From Camelus ferus (Eukaryota): 64,000 bases of DNA. The stretch lies in the NCBI RefSeq assembly GCF_009834535.1, contig NC_045716.1, forward strand, positions 28,520,001 through 28,584,000. The letters are read 5' to 3'. Of the stretch, positions 1 to 11,595 are shown piece by piece (positions within the stretch are counted from its first letter, which is position 1; each line of letters begins with the position of its first letter). A program made the translations under genes and the position numbers. The notes under the pieces are model-generated. The model was not told the origin of the DNA and did no database searches. It saw only the letters and a program-made list of their open reading frames with translations.

Positions 1-544
1 GGTGCAGAGGGCTGCCCGGTGGACCCAGCACCCCTGGAGGCAGGCAGGCCCTCCAAGTGGGGGCCCCAGAAGTGAACTGTGCTGTTGAGGGGCACTGCCT
101 GTTCCAGCCCCAGACAGTCCCCACTGTGGGGACCTGAGGGAGCATGCCTAGGAGGGAGGCATCTCTGGTCTCGTGCCCGCTTGCAGCCTCCCGGGGTGGG
201 GCCTCCCTCATCCAGGAGAAGCCGTTCTCCAGGGGATGGACCTGAGGAAGGACCAGTCACGTGGCTGGAAGGAGGCGGCCTCGTTAACTCGTGTCTGGAA
301 TCCTGGGAGGAGAGACGCACAAAGGATTCAGGAGGTGGAATACATCCCAAGTAGAAGTAAAAAGGAAGCCATAGCCGGACACACACGCAGGGCATTAAAG
401 GCAAAGATAGTCTAAAAGCAGCCAGAGAGGAAGGACGGCCCACCCACGGCGGGAGGAGGGAACCGAGGCCGACTCCCAGCACCCACTGGGCGTCAGCAGC
501 AGAGGTGGAGCCAACAAGGCGCTGAGAGAGACGGGGTTCCCTGC

Positions 545-1125
545 ACAGCACCTTCAGTGGAACAGGTGTTGAGGTTCCCGTTTGACCCAGCAGTTCCCCT
601 CCCTGGTGTGCACCCGGGAGGACTGAAAGCTCGCATCCACATGCACATGCACAGCAGCGTTCAGGCGGCACTGTTCGTGGAGCCAGGAGTCGAAACAGCT
701 GAGCGTCATCAGTGGTGGAGGGGTAAGCAACCTGTGGTCCATCCACACAACAGTGTGGCTCAGCTGTGGAGAGGAGGGCAGTCCCGCCATGCCCCGCAGT
801 GGGCAAACCTGGAACACAGATGGGTCCTGTTTACAGGGAACGTCCAGAACCCGCAAATCCATGGACACAAAGCAGATGAGGGGTTGCCGGGGTGGGAGGA
901 GGGGAAAAGGGGAGTGACTTACTGCATACGGGTTTCTTTTTGTTTTTTATTTATTTTTTAAATGTTTTGTTGTTTTACAGGTTTTCTTTTTGAAGGGATG
1001 AAAATGTTCTGGAATTAGTGGTGATGTTGGCGCAACTCTGTAGATTGACTAAAAGTCACTGAATTGCGTACTCGAAAGGGGGATTTTTTTTATGTAAATT
1101 ATATCTCAAAGTTACTAAAAATAAA
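545..1125 (+). mobile_element. LINE-1 (L1MB-like) ORF2 C-terminal end and 3' UTR fragment
   Basis: ORF 557..961 reads LRFPFDPAVPLPGVHP, like L1 ORF2 LPYDPAIPLLGIYP. Ends with the L1MB-type tail gggatgaaaatgttctggaattagtggtgatg...atgtaaattatatctcaa. Confidence 0.85.
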
Positions 1126-1384
1126 GAATTGGGAAACGTTTCAGAAACCATTTTCAAACAGTAAAGGTGCTATCTGCACACGATCCCTCCTACAAAGGTA
1201 CTTGTAAGGCAGCTTCTTCAGAAGCAGGAATAGGGGCCCAGGAGGAGGTGTTGAGAGCAGAAGGAGTGGGGAAGAAACAGCAGTGAGCCCGCAGGTGTAT
1301 CCGGTGCTCTGGGTAAAGTGCCTCACACTGACGTTTTTAGAAATGGTAAAATACTGGAAAATACTGCTCAGGAAAGGAGCTACA

Positions 1385-1553
1385 TTTTTTTTAAGTTGAT
1401 TTTTTTTTTTTAATTTTAAAAATGTATTTATTTGTGGGGGGAGGTAATTAGGTCTGTTTATTTTATTTATTTTTAGAGGAGGTACTGGGGATTGAACCCA
1501 GGACCTCATGCATGCTAAGCATGCGCTCCACCACCTGAACTATACCCTCCCCC
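1385..1553 (-). mobile_element. tRNA-derived camelid SINE (Vic-1-like)
   Basis: Reverse complement reads ggggagggtatagttcaggtggtggagcgcatgcttagcatgcatgaggtcctgggttcaatccccagtacctcc (Pol III A- and B-box-like), then aaataaa/cctaattacctc and an A-rich tail. Three related copies lie elsewhere in the window. Confidence 0.9.
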
Positions 1554-1639
1554 TTCTAAATTGTTTTAAAGCCCCCTTTTCTTGCCCTGGAGGAAAAAGA
1601 TCAAGATACTGTACAATTTTAAGACATCAAAGTCAGTGT

Positions 1640-1937
1640 TCATGACAAATGTTTAAGAAACACAGCATGTAAAAAATCAGTAAGATGTGTGACGTCCAGA
1701 TGGCGTGACGGGCTCCCTTGACGCCGTTGGCGCGTGGAGCTGCATCTCGCGACCACGGAGCTCGCGCTCTGTTCTTCACGCTGCTCTTTGGAGCTTTGTC
1801 CAGGTCAGCCACGTGCCAGACCATGAAAAAGGTCACGTAGATCAAAATGGAAAGATGTTTTTAATGGACAATTCAGTATGACAAACTGACGTATCAAAAC
1901 TTGTGGAACACGTCCAAAGTTGTGCTTAGAGAAAACT
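1640..1937 (+). mobile_element. Old L1M ORF2 endonuclease-region fragment, GC-shifted
   Basis: gtatcaaaacttgtggaacacgtccaaagttgtgcttagagaaaact resembles L1 'catatcaaaatttgtgggatgcagctaaagcagtgcttagagggaaa'. Confidence 0.65.
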
Positions 1938-3235
1938 TTGTGTCTCCTTCAGGTATATTCCCTGAAGTGGCACTGCTGGACCATACGGTGGTTCTGGCTT
2001 TAATTTCTGGAGAACCCTTCATAGTGCTCTCCACAGGGGCTGCACCCATTTACATTCTCACCAAGAGCGCACAAGGGCCCCCCACACACACACACACATC
2101 CTCACCAGCGCTTTTTTTAAAAATCTTTCTTGTAATCGCCATTCCGATAGGTGTGAGGTGACATCCCACTGTGGTTCTGATTTGTGCCCCCTAATAATTA
2201 GGGATGTTGGGCATCTTTTCATGGCCGTCGTGTGTCTTTGGGAAAATGCCTGTTCCAGTCTTTGCCTGTTTTTTCATTGGGTGATTTGTCTTTTTGCTGT
2301 TGAGCTGCGTGAATTCCTTGTGTATTTTGTACATTAACCCCTCATCAGATGGCTGGCTTGCAGATACGTCCTCCCTTCTGCGGGCTGCATTTCACTGTGT
2401 TGGTTACTTCCGTTGCTGTGCAGAGCTTGTTCGTCAGACGTGGTCCCATTCACTCACTTCTGCTCTGTGTCACGTGCAAAAACTGCTCCCAAGACCAGTG
2501 TCAAGGAGCTTTTTCTCTGTTTTCTTTCAGGAGTTTTATGGTTTCAAGTCTCACATTTAAGCCTTAAATCCATTTGAGTTAGTTTTTGTGAGTGGTGTAA
2601 GACAGGGGTCCAGCTTCATTCTTTTTCATGTGAATATCCAGTTCCCCCGGCACCATGTACTGAAGACGCTACTCTTTCCCCATTGAATAGCTTGGTTCCC
2701 TTGTTAAATATAAGTTGACCGTGTATGTATGGGTTTCATTCTGGGCTCTCAGTTTTGTTTCATTGGTCTATGTTTGTTTTTATGCCAGTGCCATGCTGTT
2801 TTTATTACTTTGGCTTTGTAACATAGTTCGCAATCCAGACGTGTGATGCCTCCAGCTTTTGTTTTTTGTTCTTAAGAATGCNNNNNNNNNNNNNNNNNNN
2901 NNNNNNNNNNNNNNNNNNNNNNNNNNNNNNNNNNNNNNNNNNNNNNNNNNNNNNNNNNNNNNNNNNNNNNNNNNNNNNNNNNNNNNNNNNNNNNNNNNNN
3001 NNNNNNNNNNNNNNNNNNNNNNNNNNNNNNNNNNNNNNNNNNNNNNNNNNNNNNNNNNNNNNNNNNNNNNNNNNNNNNNNNNTTTATCCATGTCTTATAA
3101 CTTTTTAATTTACAGATCTTTCACCTACTTGGTTAAATTAATTCCTAAATACTTTATTGTTTTTGATGCCATTGTAAATGAGATTGTTTTATTTATTTCT
3201 GTTTCAGGTAGTCCATTGTTAGTGCACAGAAACAC
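1938..3235 (-). mobile_element. LINE-1 ORF2 3' region, antisense, interrupted by an assembly gap
   Basis: Typical antisense L1 strings: gtgtgaggtgacatcccactgtggttctgatttg, gggtccagcttcattctttttcatgtgaatatccagtt, tctttcacctacttggttaaattaattcctaaatac. Confidence 0.9.
2882..3082. other. Assembly gap (N run)
   Basis: Run of n inside the L1. Confidence 1.
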
Positions 3236-3419
3236 GGTGGTGAGGGGCGGGGCTGGCGTCTTCACGGCTCCTCATCTGTGTGCACTTGCTTGATGGGAGG
3301 CTATGCTACGATTCGTGCACTTTTCTTGTCACTCTTCAATTAAAAAGAGTTGTTGTTTTAAATAAAACACACAAAGGGCAAACACGTTTGCTGGCAGTAG
3401 ACCTGCACTAAACGTTTTA

Positions 3420-3750
3420 AAGATGGTGCTTCTGGCAGAAGGAAGGTGGTCCCAGATGGAGGGTCTGAGATGCAGGGAGAGGGCAGTGCAGAGAAAGTGG
3501 TAGACTTGTGAGCGGTGTGGGGACTTGACTCCGTGGAAGAAAGCAGTGTCTGCGGGGCCTAAAGGGAGAAGAAGAAGTAGTGTGTGAGGGAGGATGGTGG
3601 GAAACTGATACGTGTGGACTTTGGTCCATTAAGCTGTAATTCCCTGTCCATCAAAAGACTGGAAAGAGTACATACAGCTTACTAACTAAACAAACCATTA
3701 GGAAGAGTCACCAGTCCATCCTAAAGAAGGAGGGAAAGGAAGAAGGCACA
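3420..3750 (+). mobile_element. L1M ORF1-end / inter-ORF fragment
   Basis: gaaggaaggtggtcccagatggagggtctgagatgcaggg resembles the old L1M inter-ORF sequence. Confidence 0.45.
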
Positions 3751-3934
3751 GGATGGGGCCTCAGCTTGGTATGCAGACAGCTCTCCTGCAAGGACAACAG
3801 AGCAGCCGGCTGAAGTTACAAAACGAGCTTGAAGTCGCCAGGAGGCAGGGTTACTGGGCAGGGTCCAGGTCGGGAGGGAGTGCAGGAACAGGGTGGGCGG
3901 TTGGGGTCCCTTTTTCTCCCAGTCGGCAGTAGAT

Positions 3935-3947
3935 CCAGCAGGTGGCG
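3935..3947 (+). promoter_or_regulatory. CTCF-like core motif
   Basis: CCAGCAGGTGGCG fits the CTCF core CCASYAGRKGGCR. Motif match only. Confidence 0.4.
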
Positions 3948-4279
3948 ACTGAGTGGCTATGCTGTGCTTTCACCAGCCTTGCAGCGCGAGGGTGGAGGGC
4001 CCCAGTGGACCCCTTCGGGGGGGGGGGGCACCACGAATGGCTGCGCCCTGGGCCTCCCTGGCAGAGCAGATGCTGATGCTCACGGGAGGAAGGATGATGT
4101 GGAGTTCGGTCCATGGGCAGTTTTGTGCGTACACTGTCCAGCACACAGTCACAAATAATGAGGCAAACGAGAGAAAGCAACACAGGCGAAACCAGCCTGA
4201 CGGCAGACAGCAGGAGCGGGCCTCGCAGCGCTGGGGTCGGGTCGTCCCAGGTGCTCAGTCTGCCTGGAACACTGAGCAT

Positions 4280-5380
4280 TTAGACAGGGACCTGGAAACT
4301 TTAAAAGTACCAAATGGTAATTCTACAACTTTAATAGCGTCATCAAAATTAAGAATTCAGTATATAGGTGTTGTAGCAGGCTAGGCAGAGCTGAGGAGAC
4401 CACTGGTGACCTGGAAAACAGGGCAGAATAAAACACCCAAAATGAAGAATGTTCTGCCAAACGGAAGGAATCGTTCCGTTCTTTCACAAACTCTTCCAGA
4501 AAATAGAGACGGAACATTCCCCAGTGCGTTTTATGAGGCTAGTGTATCTTTGCCATCAAAACCTAGAAAGATAAGTAGAGAAAATGACAGAACAGTCTTA
4601 CTCAGAGGAAAAAAATTCTGCACAAAATGGTAGCAAATCAGATCCGGCGGCGCACAGATAGGAGACCACTGGCCGCCTGACTTGCTGGTGCTGACTGCAC
4701 ATCGCACTTGAGATGTTGTTTCGTATCCAGTAGCTGCGCTCCCTAAGCAAGCTCCCAGCACGAGCGCGGTCAGTGCTCCGGCTTCCACGCGCCCACGTGT
4801 GTTCGCTCGGGAGTGTCTCACCGGAGGACGTCACCGACGTGACTCATCACGGCGGGGGATTAAGGGGCGAGTCGCAGGGTCGTCTCAGCAGAAGCAGAGC
4901 CAGCTTTGATACAATTCAGCCTCCATTCAAAATGCCAAGAGCAAAAGCCCGAAGACTCAGCACACTAGGAATACCAGGGCGCTTCCTCAGCCTAATCAAG
5001 GGCCCCCGCCCAAGCGTGCCGCCGGCCTGCCGGCCGGACGCGCCTCCGGGAGCTTGGCTCGGCGTCCTGCCGGAGGCCTCCCGAGCTGTGGGAGAGAAGG
5101 AGACAGACGGCTTTGTGGGTGGAAGGGGGCGATGCCATGGTGTTCTAGAGGATTCCAGACAATTTCCAAAGATCAGTTATCGGGATTGTGGAGAGCTTAG
5201 TAGCAAGGTTTGGGGTCAAAACCGAGCATACGAAGTGTTATTTCATGTCTGCCTGCCGTCAGCAGTCACTTAAAAATGAAATTTTAAAAAGCCTTCATTC
5301 AAATAGCTTTAAAATATGTGAAGTAGCGAGAAACAAATCCAATTAGAGATACACACGATGTTCATGGGAAAGAACCGTGA
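4280..5380 (+). mobile_element. Old L1M ORF1/ORF2 (RT region) fragments, strongly GC-shifted
   Basis: cacaaactcttccagaaaatagagacggaacattccccagtgcgttttatgaggc and ctcagcacactaggaataccagggcgcttcctcagcctaatcaagggc match L1 RT-region sequence. Confidence 0.8.
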
Positions 5381-8309
5381 GCTGTTCCCGCAGGGTGTAG
5401 GAAAGGCCTGAGGGAGGCCTGTCCCACGTTGACGGGTCACCAGGCGCCCTGTTGTCCTGGCTCCAGCGGCCCCTGGCTTTTGGCCCAGGACCCCGACATC
5501 CTGAGCCCGGGACCCCTTCCCACCCAGGAGCTACACAGCCCACTGGCACCCTCTCTTCCCTCCTCGCACAGCTTGACTCTATGGTCGGCCGGGCCCCCTT
5601 TGCTCCCTTGGAAGTGCCCTCAGCTGCTCTGGGCCCTGCTGTCGCTCACCTACCAAAACCCCACACTTAGAAGATCTGGCGTTGGCCTGCCTGCACCGCA
5701 CCTCCTCACCTGGGCGGGCCTTCTCTTTGTCCCCTCTCTGGCCCCGCTGACTCTCGTTTCATCAGGGTTTGTCCCCACTGTCCCACTCAACCCAGCCGTC
5801 TGAAGTCGCTGAGCAGTCACCATGGCCCAGTTCCGTTTCCCAGTCTGTCAGGAGGAGGGACCGCATCCAGCCTGCTCCTGCGTGACCGCGGGCCCCAGGA
5901 GGAGAGGCATGCAGTGTGCCGCCTCGAGCAGAGCCCTTGGCCCCTCGCTTGGGCCCAGGGTGGTCCGTCAGCCTTGAGGTTCCCTGGTGACCCCCAGTCA
6001 GGGCTGCGTGCCAGGCGCCTGGACGAGACAGGAGGCTGAGTGGGGCCCTGGGCGAACCCTGCCTCCTCTCAGCCATTTCCTCTTCTGTAAAATTCGGATC
6101 GGAGTCAAGCTCTAGTTCCCACCCCGGCAGCATCAAAGACCCTGCAGCCCCACCACCCACTTTCTAAGACAGTGCCAGATCACACAGAGCCTGCGCTCCG
6201 CCCGCCCACCCTCCCTGCGCCTGGGGGAGTAGCGGCCCTGGGCCGGCCTCTGTCAGGAGTGGGATATGCCCAGAGAACCCAGATCTGAGTGTTTCCAGCT
6301 CAGGTTTGGCTCCTCCTCTTCCTCCCAGTTGTGTGGGAGGAGAGGGGGAGCCAGAGTGTGAAAGGTCAGATGCAAGGGCAGCGAGGGTCATCGTGGTTAT
6401 CGCGGCTGCCAGGTTGTGGCTGTGATTGTCATGGTGTCGCTCCACTGCTGGGTTTGTTCCGTGAGGACCCGGACGCCCAGGCTGGATCTCTAGGTCAGCT
6501 GCTCCCTCATCGGCCGTGATGCCCAGAGGAGGCTGAGGGAGGAAAGAAGAGTGGCTCGCCTGCACAGCTGGACGGTGGTCTAGGGTTCATGGAGGGCACA
6601 GCTGCTCAGGTGCCACCTTGGAACCTGGCTGGAAACCCAGGTTGGCAGAGCTGGCAGGACTGGCCGCAGACGGCCCTGCTGCCCTGCTGCCCACGCGGTG
6701 TTGGGTGCTGCCTGAGCCTCTGCCTGACCCGGGTGAGGTGCCTGCCCAGCTCCAGCCCTCCTGAGGCCCAGGGAGGGGCCCTCATCGTGTACTCCCATGG
6801 CCAGCGGTGAACCTCCGTCAAGTTTGCGGGGTGGGGTCTTCGCCGCATCGGGTTACGACCACCATTGTGCACCCCCATCATCCCTCCCCTCCTGCAGAGG
6901 CTCCGGTGCATCTGGGACCCCGGCCCAGGGGCAGCGGGCAGGGGACACGTAGCACTGGGGTTTGGTGGAATGTATTTACGGGTTTGCTGTCTCTTGGGAG
7001 AACAGAGCCGCCGCCAGCCATCCTGGATGCAGGAGACGCTGCAACATCCAGCAGAGCAGGAGCCAAGCGCTCCCCGCTGCACAGGGCCCGGGGTCCGTGG
7101 TTCTGTCTTTCTTGAAAAGAATCCCCCGAAGTTACGTAAACTGTCAGCCTCACAACCTGGCTTTCTCCTCCATCTAGCCTCCAACCCCCTGGTTCACAGG
7201 CGCTGGGTGGCGAAGGGCCCGGCGGGAGGCATGAGGGATGTGGGCCTGGAACATGGGCAGTGTGTCTGGCTGTCACCTTGTTTCCTGTGTGCTGTCCCTT
7301 GGTCTGTGGGCTCCTGACCCCCAAATACACCATACCTTGCCCAAGCCCTGGGCCGCCCTAAAACCCCGGAGCTGGGCCTGCTGGACAAACACGGCCTCTC
7401 CAGGCCACCCTGTTTCCCTCTCGGCCCCGCCTGTCTTGGGAAACGGACCCAGGAGGCCCGTGCTGCCCCTGCCCAGCACTTGCCTGCCCAGGGGGCTGGT
7501 CTTCCCAGCCCTGCCCGGCCCAGCCAGGCTGTCAGGAGGAGGTGAACCAAGGGCTCGGCCCCCTTGCCACTCCGGTGCTGGCCCTGCTCCCTGCAATGAC
7601 CTCCGGGTGTGACCACACACGGGCTCTGGCTCCTGGCCAGGCCGAGTGGGTGTGGGTTGAAGCCTCTCCGAGGAGTCCCAGGCTCTCTCTGTCCGCCCCA
7701 GGGTGCAGTTTGCCTGAGCAAGTACCTCACAGTGGCCGGGCTGGAGGCCTGGGGCCGCTCCAGGACCCCCGAGCCCAGCCCCAACTGCCCCGCCATTTCA
7801 AGGATGATCTCGGTGCCGTGGGTGTGGCTGCCATCAGGCCCGTTTTGTCGTTTTTGGGGTTCATCACAGACCCTGCAGGTGGACCTCAGTGGCCCAGGAC
7901 AGGTGGCTTTATCTCTGGGACCAGGCCTCCAGCCTGGGACTGCCTGAGTGCCTGCAGGGGCCCCCAGCCTGCCCTGCTTCCTCCCTGGCTCACAGCAGGG
8001 CTGGTGGAGTCACTTTCCCCCGAGCCATGGATGCCTGAGCCTTACCAGCGAACAGAGGGCCAAGGGTGGGTCCTAGGAGGACCCCGCGGTTCTCAATGGG
8101 GTGATTCTGCCCCCCAGGGGACACTGGTGGTTGTCGCAGATGGGGGGTGGGGGGTGGCACTACTGGCATCTAGCGAGGCAGGACGCAGGACCTGCAGCAG
8201 CAGGAGTTGGGGTGACAAGTCGGGGCGGCAGGGGGGAGTGGGAGCAACGAGTGACACTTCAAAGGCAGAGTCGGTGCCCGAAGACCAAGAGGAGGCCAGA
8301 GTTGGCTTT

Positions 8310-8480
8310 TTATTTTACAAATGTCTGTTTCCTGATTATAAAAGCAGTCCGGCTCATTGTAGAAAACATCAAAAATATGGAAAAGTAGGAAGAACAAGGT
8401 AGAGACCACCTATATTCTGCCATCCGGACTCCCAGCATTAAAGTTTAGGGCGATTTCAGTTTTTTTCTGCTTCTTTTCTC
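8310..8480 (-). mobile_element. L1ME-type 3' end
   Basis: tttcctgattataaaagcagtccggctcattgtagaaaacatcaaaaatatggaaaagtag is the typical antisense L1ME tail. Confidence 0.65.
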
Positions 8481-9049
8481 TCACCTACCCTGCCATTCAG
8501 GATTTAACATCTTAGACATTAGGTAACATAATTTTAAAATTCTAAACGTTTTATTTTAATGCATTGGTCCTCCATCTTTGAGATCTGATTTTGTCTACTC
8601 TAGATAGAATTCTAAATATGTATATTAATATCTATGAAATCTGTTAAAATTACATCTACAAAGCTATATTCAGATGTAAACCCCCAGAGGTAGAAGCCCC
8701 TCAGGCATCAGTCCGTGAGCCGTGTGCTGGCCCATGTCACGGGGTTTCCTAGGTTACCAGCCCTCCATCTGGGGGCCTTTTGTTTCCAGTTGGTTAGCAT
8801 CCTTGGAACATGTTTCCCGGATCCGAGGTTTCTTCGTAAAGGAGCTCCCACGGAGTGACAGCAGCGAAGGTTCACAGCGTTTTCAGGGCTGCGGATACAC
8901 GTCAGCAGATGGACGGTCAGCACCATCACAAGAGTGAGTGCCTGGGGCCCTCTCAGTGCTTGAACTCCGGGGCTTCCTAGAGAGCCCAGCGACAGGGCCA
9001 GGGTACTACGGTATCTCTCCTTTGAGCTCCAGTAATGGTGCTTCCGAGA

Positions 9050-9240
9050 ATGTTACGTGTGTTAAAAGTCACTTAATCCTGAACCTCATTCCCACCAGAG
9101 AAGTACTAGTATCGTCTTGAGTTTTCTTGATGTGTACACTGAAGCTCAGAGAGGTTAAGCAACTTGCCTGAAGCAGCACAGCCAGTGAGTGGTGGAGTCA
9201 CATTTGAACCCAGCCAGCTGGCTCCGCAGTCAGGGTCTGA
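9050..9240 (-). mobile_element. MIR SINE
   Basis: actgaagctcagagaggttaagcaacttgcctgaagcagcacagccagtgagtggtggagtcacatttgaacccag is the antisense MIR core. Confidence 0.8.
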
Positions 9241-9549
9241 CCCCTGCACCCTACTGCCTCTCGCGGCCACGTGGTGTGGGTGCTGAGGGGGTGCCACCCC
9301 TTTCCTCCACTTGGGACTGGAGCTCTCGGGTGTCAGCCGAGTTCTGGAAGTAGGAATCAGAACCAAGCTTGGGGGTGCGTCTTTTCAGCCTCCCCATCTA
9401 ATGGCTAAGAGGGTGCTCCTGAAGGGGTCTTCCTGAGAGAGGATTCCTGAGGCCCGGGGACAGGTCGGGAGGGTCCTGTGACCCTTGTGTGATCAGGGAG
9501 CGCACCGAGATGGCCTCCCAAGGTCCACACGGTCAGACGGGATAAGGAC

Positions 9550-9712
9550 GTGGGTGCGTGTGAGTGAGCATGCGTGCGTGAGCGCGCGTGTCGTGCGTGC
9601 GTGTCATGCGTGGGCATGAGTGAGTGTGCGTGTCATGCGTGCTGTGCGTGAGCATGAGTGAGCGCGCGTGTCGTGCGTGGGCATGAGTGAGCGTGCGTGT
9701 CGTGCGTGCGGG
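9550..9712. repeat. Alternating purine/pyrimidine minisatellite (cryptic ~29-bp unit gtgtcRtgcgtgggcatgagtgagYgYgc)
   Basis: Units visible at 9601-9629, 9630-9667 (expanded), 9668-9696 and 9697 onward (partial). Confidence 0.85.
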
Positions 9713-9879
9713 AGCGAGCCCGGGGCCTCTCGGCTGGCGGGTGCCCCAGGCCGCCGGCCCTGAGTGGGACGCTGCTGTCGCCTGTTCCTGCGTCCGCCAT
9801 GGAATCCCCAGGCGGCGCGGGGCGGGGTCTCGGGAGCCGCTTCAGGGGTGAAGGGGGTGAAGGCGGGCTGAGCGCTCAA

Positions 9880-9917
9880 CCCCGCTTCCCCGGCCGCTCA
9901 CGAGAGGCGGACGTGAG
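9880..9917 (+). other. Candidate upstream first exon (1a); start uncertain
   Basis: Ends at GAG|GTGAGT (9918-9923), followed by intronic G-runs. TSS not determinable from sequence. Confidence 0.4.
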
Positions 9918-10339
9918 GTGAGTGGCCGGGCGGGCCGCTGTGGGGAGGGGGTGGCTCTGAGGAGAGGGGCAGGTCCGGGGCCCGCGGTCGCGGGTGGGTG
10001 GGAGCCCTCGACACCCGACGGAGGGGCCGCCGGGCCCCGCGCGCTGGGGACGGGCGCGCGCTGCCGCCCTCTGTGAAGGAAGCCCCCAGCGGGAGCCGGC
10101 AGGGACCCCTGCGGCTGGTAACCCCCGAGGGCGTGTCCCCAGGCCCCTGCGGCAGGTGCGCCCCTCGCCGCCTGGGGACCCGGCCCTGCCCTGGAGCCGC
10201 CTCGGCGCCCCCCACACGCGTGCCTGCCGTTTACTCCGGAGGAGCAGCCGCAGGGTAGCCAGGCGGGGCCGGCGCGCTCCGGGCCTCCCAGCTCCAGGCG
10301 GTTTCATTCCGACCCGCCTGAACCAGGCAAGAGCAGGGT

Positions 10340-10525
10340 TAAGTGCGCGCGAAGGGGAGAGGGACTCCCAGCCCGCCGGAACTCGAGACTTGCAGCGAGA
10401 GCGAGAGCGAGGCGGCGGGAGAGGCCACGCCGGCCGCCCCGCTCTCCGCAGGCACCCGGGCCGCGGAGGCGGGGAGGCCGCGCCGCGGGGCAGGACCCGC
10501 GCAGACACGCCGCGGCCGCCGCCGG
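10340..10525 (+). other. Candidate first exon (1b), no ATG, probably 5' UTR; start uncertain
   Basis: GC-rich UTR-like sequence (gcgagagcgagagcgaggcggcggg...gccgcggccgccgccgg) ending at the perfect donor GTAAGT, 10526-10531. Confidence 0.6.
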
Positions 10526-11489
10526 GTAAGTGCAGGCTCCCCGCGCCGCGCCGTCGGGGGTCAGGAGCGAAGTGCTTCCGTCAGGAGTTTGGTTGGTGCA
10601 GCTAGGGCGGTCCGTGTCTCCTGAGGACTGCCAGCGCGTTCAGGCTCGCCACAAGTCAGCAGCAAGCGCGGTCTGGAGGCATCTTTAGGCAACAGCAAGG
10701 CATCCTGCTTTCCTGGGGGAGATGCCAAGTGCTGGACGGGCAGCAGGCGCCCAGAGCAGGCTGGCTCGGTGGGCGGCCATCGGTCTGTGGTCTCTGAGCT
10801 GATGGCGCGCTCAGGGGCTTCCTCCTTCCTCGGGGCCTTCTCAGCGCTGCCCGAATCTTTCTTTTTTTCCTGCGACGTGTCTGTGGCCACTGTCTTCCCT
10901 CTCGGCACCCAGGCTCCGATGTGCCCGGGACAGACTGCGCAGCTCCTGTTTTGTGCAATGTGCATCTTGGGGCGGCTTTTCTGACCAAGCCCGGAGGCGG
11001 GGCTGGGTCCCCCGACCCACCGGGGAAGGAATGGGGGCCTTATTTAAGTAAGCACTACGGTGGTTTCATGTGAGCGAGTCTGAAGGCAGGTCTCCTCCTG
11101 GTGCTTCTTGGTGTGTCTGTTTCCCATTATCCAGTCGGGAACCAGCGAAAGTGACAGTCGCGGTTTCCGGCGCAGACTTCGCGGACCTCCCGGGAGGCTC
11201 CTCCACGCGGGCAGACGCCCCCCTGCCCCGCCCTCACTCTGCCGCAGGTGCTTCTGGGGTGGGTCTTCAGAGCTTTGAAGGCTGGCTGCTTGACAGGTTT
11301 TTTGTTTTTGTTTCAATTAAAATACAAAAGCCCAGGTCTTCCATGGTAAAGGGAAGAGGAGGGTGAGCTTTGGAGGCCCAGCTGCAGGCAGAGCAGGGAC
11401 AGTGACAGTGATGTGACACAGCGTCCCGGCGCCCCGCACCCGGTGTGCTGTGCTTTTAGTCTCCTCTCCTCTCATTTGATTTTGCAACT

Positions 11490-11595
11490 GCCTTTTTCAG
11501 ATCAGAAAACTGAGGCTCAGAGAGGTTAAGGGCCTTGAGCAGGGACGCGCACCCAGTGAGGGCAGTATTGTCAGCCGCGGGCTCTGACAGTCAGT
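11490..11595 (-). mobile_element. MIR SINE fragment
   Basis: ttttcagatcagaaaactgaggctcagagaggttaag. Confidence 0.75.

Larger units (their letters stand above)
9713..10620 (+). promoter_or_regulatory. CpG-island promoter of an unidentified + strand gene
   Basis: Very high GC and CpG density over ~900 bp, non-repetitive. GC box GGGGCGGGG at 9819-9827. Two consensus + strand donors: GAG|GTGAGT at 9918 and CGG|GTAAGT at 10526. Confidence 0.8.

Noticed and set aside
1478-1553. tRNA-like sequence (also 25111-25189, 43108-43185, 58000-58070)
   Set aside because: Followed by the shared SINE body and A-rich tail, some with TSDs; SINE heads, not tRNA genes.
7542-8402. 286-aa plus-strand ORF
   Set aside because: Runs into an antisense L1ME tail; GC-noise composition.
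9801-9809. NF-kB-like site (minus strand GGGGATTCC)
   Set aside because: Imperfect single motif in GC-rich DNA; not supportable alone.
9713-10620. Assigning a gene symbol to the promoter
   Set aside because: No coding exon in the window and I do not recognise the UTR sequence; many genes share this architecture, so a name would be a guess.
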